Shown here piece after piece: positions 41,180 to 42,830 of a stretch of DNA of 42,830 nt; position 1 is the stretch's first letter; every line of letters begins with the position of its first letter. The stretch covers positions 1 through 42,830 of the forward strand of contig JACCXM010000033.1 in assembly GCA_013697005.1 (NCBI GenBank), in the 5' to 3' direction. The position numbers and the translations under genes were made by a program. This DNA comes from Chloroflexia bacterium. GTDB taxonomy: Bacteria > Chloroflexota > Chloroflexia > Thermomicrobiales > UBA6265. The notes beneath the pieces are model-generated. The model did no database searches. It was not told the origin of the DNA and saw only the letters and a program-made list of their open reading frames with translations.

Positions 41180-41935
41180 GTGCTGACTGCAAACGCAAGA
41201 TCAACCGAAAGAGGGACGCCCCGTCTCCTCATGGAGACTCCTACTGGTAGGCTTTCCGTTCGTCAAGTGTTTCCCCCACGCCGGGCTGCTGCCAGAGGGC
41301 GAGGCGCGACGGCCATTGTCGCCGTCGCGATTGGCGTCTTCGCCGCCGTCTTTACCATTGTCAAGCGCAACCGCAGCCAACTCATCGATCTCCGCGCGAC
41401 GCGAGCTCTGCAGCGCGTCGACACCCAATGGTTCGATCGCGTGATGCACGTGGTCTCTTGGCCCGGCTTTCCGCCACAGTCTCGGCTAATTCCGGTCGTG
41501 CTTTCGCTCTTCTGGCTCCTTCTTGGCTTCCCGATTGAAGCGGTTTTTCAACTCTTGGCTTGGGGCACAGGAGTCATCTCCGCGGCAGTGAAGATGATCA
41601 TGCGGCGCCCAAGACCCGTGGCGCCCGATGTTCGCGTGTTTCCGGGGCGCCTGGGCGGATCATCATTTCCCAGCGGCCACGTCTTGATCTACAGTGGAGT
41701 GTATGGATTCCTCGCATTCCTCCTCGAAACGCTGGTCCGCCCGGAACGCTATCGGCGCATCGCCGTTTCTTCCCTTCTGGCGCTCGTGACACTCGTCGGT
41801 CCCAGCAGGATCTATCTTGGCCATCACTGGTTTACTGACGTCGTTGCCTCTTATCTGTTGGGAACATCCTATCTGCTCGCGCTCACGGCGCTCTACAGGC
41901 GCACGAAAACACGCTGGATCAACCGAGGAAGGTAG
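41180..41935 (+). CDS. PAP2-family membrane phosphatase
   Basis: Motifs KMIMRRPRP, SFPSGH and SRIYLGHHWFTDV. The start is 41180 or 41231. Confidence 0.9.
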   Translation: MLTANARSTERGTPRLLMETPTGRLSVRQVFPPRRAAARGRGATAIVAVAIGVFAAVFTIVKRNRSQLIDLRATRALQRVDTQWFDRVMHVVSWPGFPPQSRLIPVVLSLFWLLLGFPIEAVFQLLAWGTGVISAAVKMIMRRPRPVAPDVRVFPGRLGGSSFPSGHVLIYSGVYGFLAFLLETLVRPERYRRIAVSSLLALVTLVGPSRIYLGHHWFTDVVASYLLGTSYLLALTALYRRTKTRWINRGR

Positions 41936-41962
41936 GTTTCGATACCTGTGGAGAATTCCGAA

Positions 41963-42830
41963 ATGACCGAAGTGCGAGGCGGTATCCAGAAAGTTGAATC
42001 GCGTCCCGACTTCCCGGCGTTGGAGCGAGACCTTCTGGCCACGTGGGATCGGGACGGCATCGTCGAGAAATATCTCCACCGCAACGACGCCTCGGAAGAA
42101 CGGTACTCGTTCCTCGACGGCCCGATCACGGCGAACAATCCCATGGGCGTTCACCATGCTTGGGGAAGAACATACAAAGATCTCTTTCAGCGCTATCAGA
42201 CCATGCTCGGCAAGCGCCAACGGTATCAGAACGGCTTCGATTGCCAGGGCTTGTGGGTCGAGGTTGAAGTCGAGAAGGAACTTGGGTTCAAGAGCAAACG
42301 CGACATCGAATCATTCGGGATCGCCGAGTTCGTCGAGCGTTGCAAACAGCGTGTGTTGAAGTCGGCGGCGCGCATAACCTCCCAATCTGTGCGACTCGGC
42401 TACTGGATGGCCTGGGGCGATTCCTACCTCACGATGTCGGATGAAAACAACTACACCATTTGGCACTTTCTCAAGAGCGTGAACGATCGCGGTTGGCTTT
42501 ACAAGGGACATGACGTGATGCCATGGTGCCCGCGCTGCGGCACCGGCATCTCCGAGCACGAGATCGTGACGGAGGGATACCAGGAGCGGACCCACCTCGC
42601 GGTCTTCGTGGCCTTCCCGTTGCGCGATGAACCAGACGCGAACCTGCTGGTCTGGACCACGACGCCCTGGACCCTCACCGCGAATATCGCCGCGGCGGTC
42701 CATCCAGAATTGACGTACGTGCAAGCCAAGCAAAATGGCAAGAGTTTCTACGTCGCCAAAGAGGCGATGCGCACGGCCCTGCGCGGCGACTCCACAGCCA
42801 TCCGGGAACTACGGGGCCGCGACCTTATAG
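41963..42830 (+). CDS. ileS: Isoleucine--tRNA ligase, type 2 (5' part, runs off the window)
   Basis: Not in the ORF track. ATG at 41963 after GGAGA, then FLDGPITANNPMGVHHAWGRTYKD, GFDCQGLWVE, RLGYWM, PWCPRCGT and WTTTPWTL. Confidence 0.95.
   Translation, partial: MTEVRGGIQKVESRPDFPALERDLLATWDRDGIVEKYLHRNDASEERYSFLDGPITANNPMGVHHAWGRTYKDLFQRYQTMLGKRQRYQNGFDCQGLWVEVEVEKELGFKSKRDIESFGIAEFVERCKQRVLKSAARITSQSVRLGYWMAWGDSYLTMSDENNYTIWHFLKSVNDRGWLYKGHDVMPWCPRCGTGISEHEIVTEGYQERTHLAVFVAFPLRDEPDANLLVWTTTPWTLTANIAAAVHPELTYVQAKQNGKSFYVAKEAMRTALRGDSTAIRELRGRDLI

Overview
GC-rich bacterial chromosomal window, most likely Chloroflexota (Thermomicrobia-like; this is inferred from protein style and gene content). 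It is mostly housekeeping: moeA, mdh, six tRNAs, a sulfurtransferase, groES-groEL with a perfect CIRCE box, aminotransferase-ridA-greA, an ilvBNC-leuACDB operon with a leader-peptide attenuator, rodA, rsmI, dnaX, a CarH-like B12/MerR regulator, gatCA, ybaB, recN, an orphan xanthine-dehydrogenase-family Mo subunit, holB-ricT and the 5' part of ileS. The most unusual feature is a ~380-bp gene-free element (6359-6743) downstream of groEL. It has flanking GTCT direct repeats, asymmetric sub-terminal inverted repeats and extensive RNA-like base pairing, but no transposase. It is best read as a non-autonomous IS110/IS1111-type element that kept its putative bridge/seek ncRNA, apparently nested in the end of an older IS5-like remnant. 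Also notable are an IleRS with a GVHH rather than HIGH motif, an unannotated 28-aa ilv leader peptide, and a CarH-like photoreceptor with no carotenoid genes nearby.
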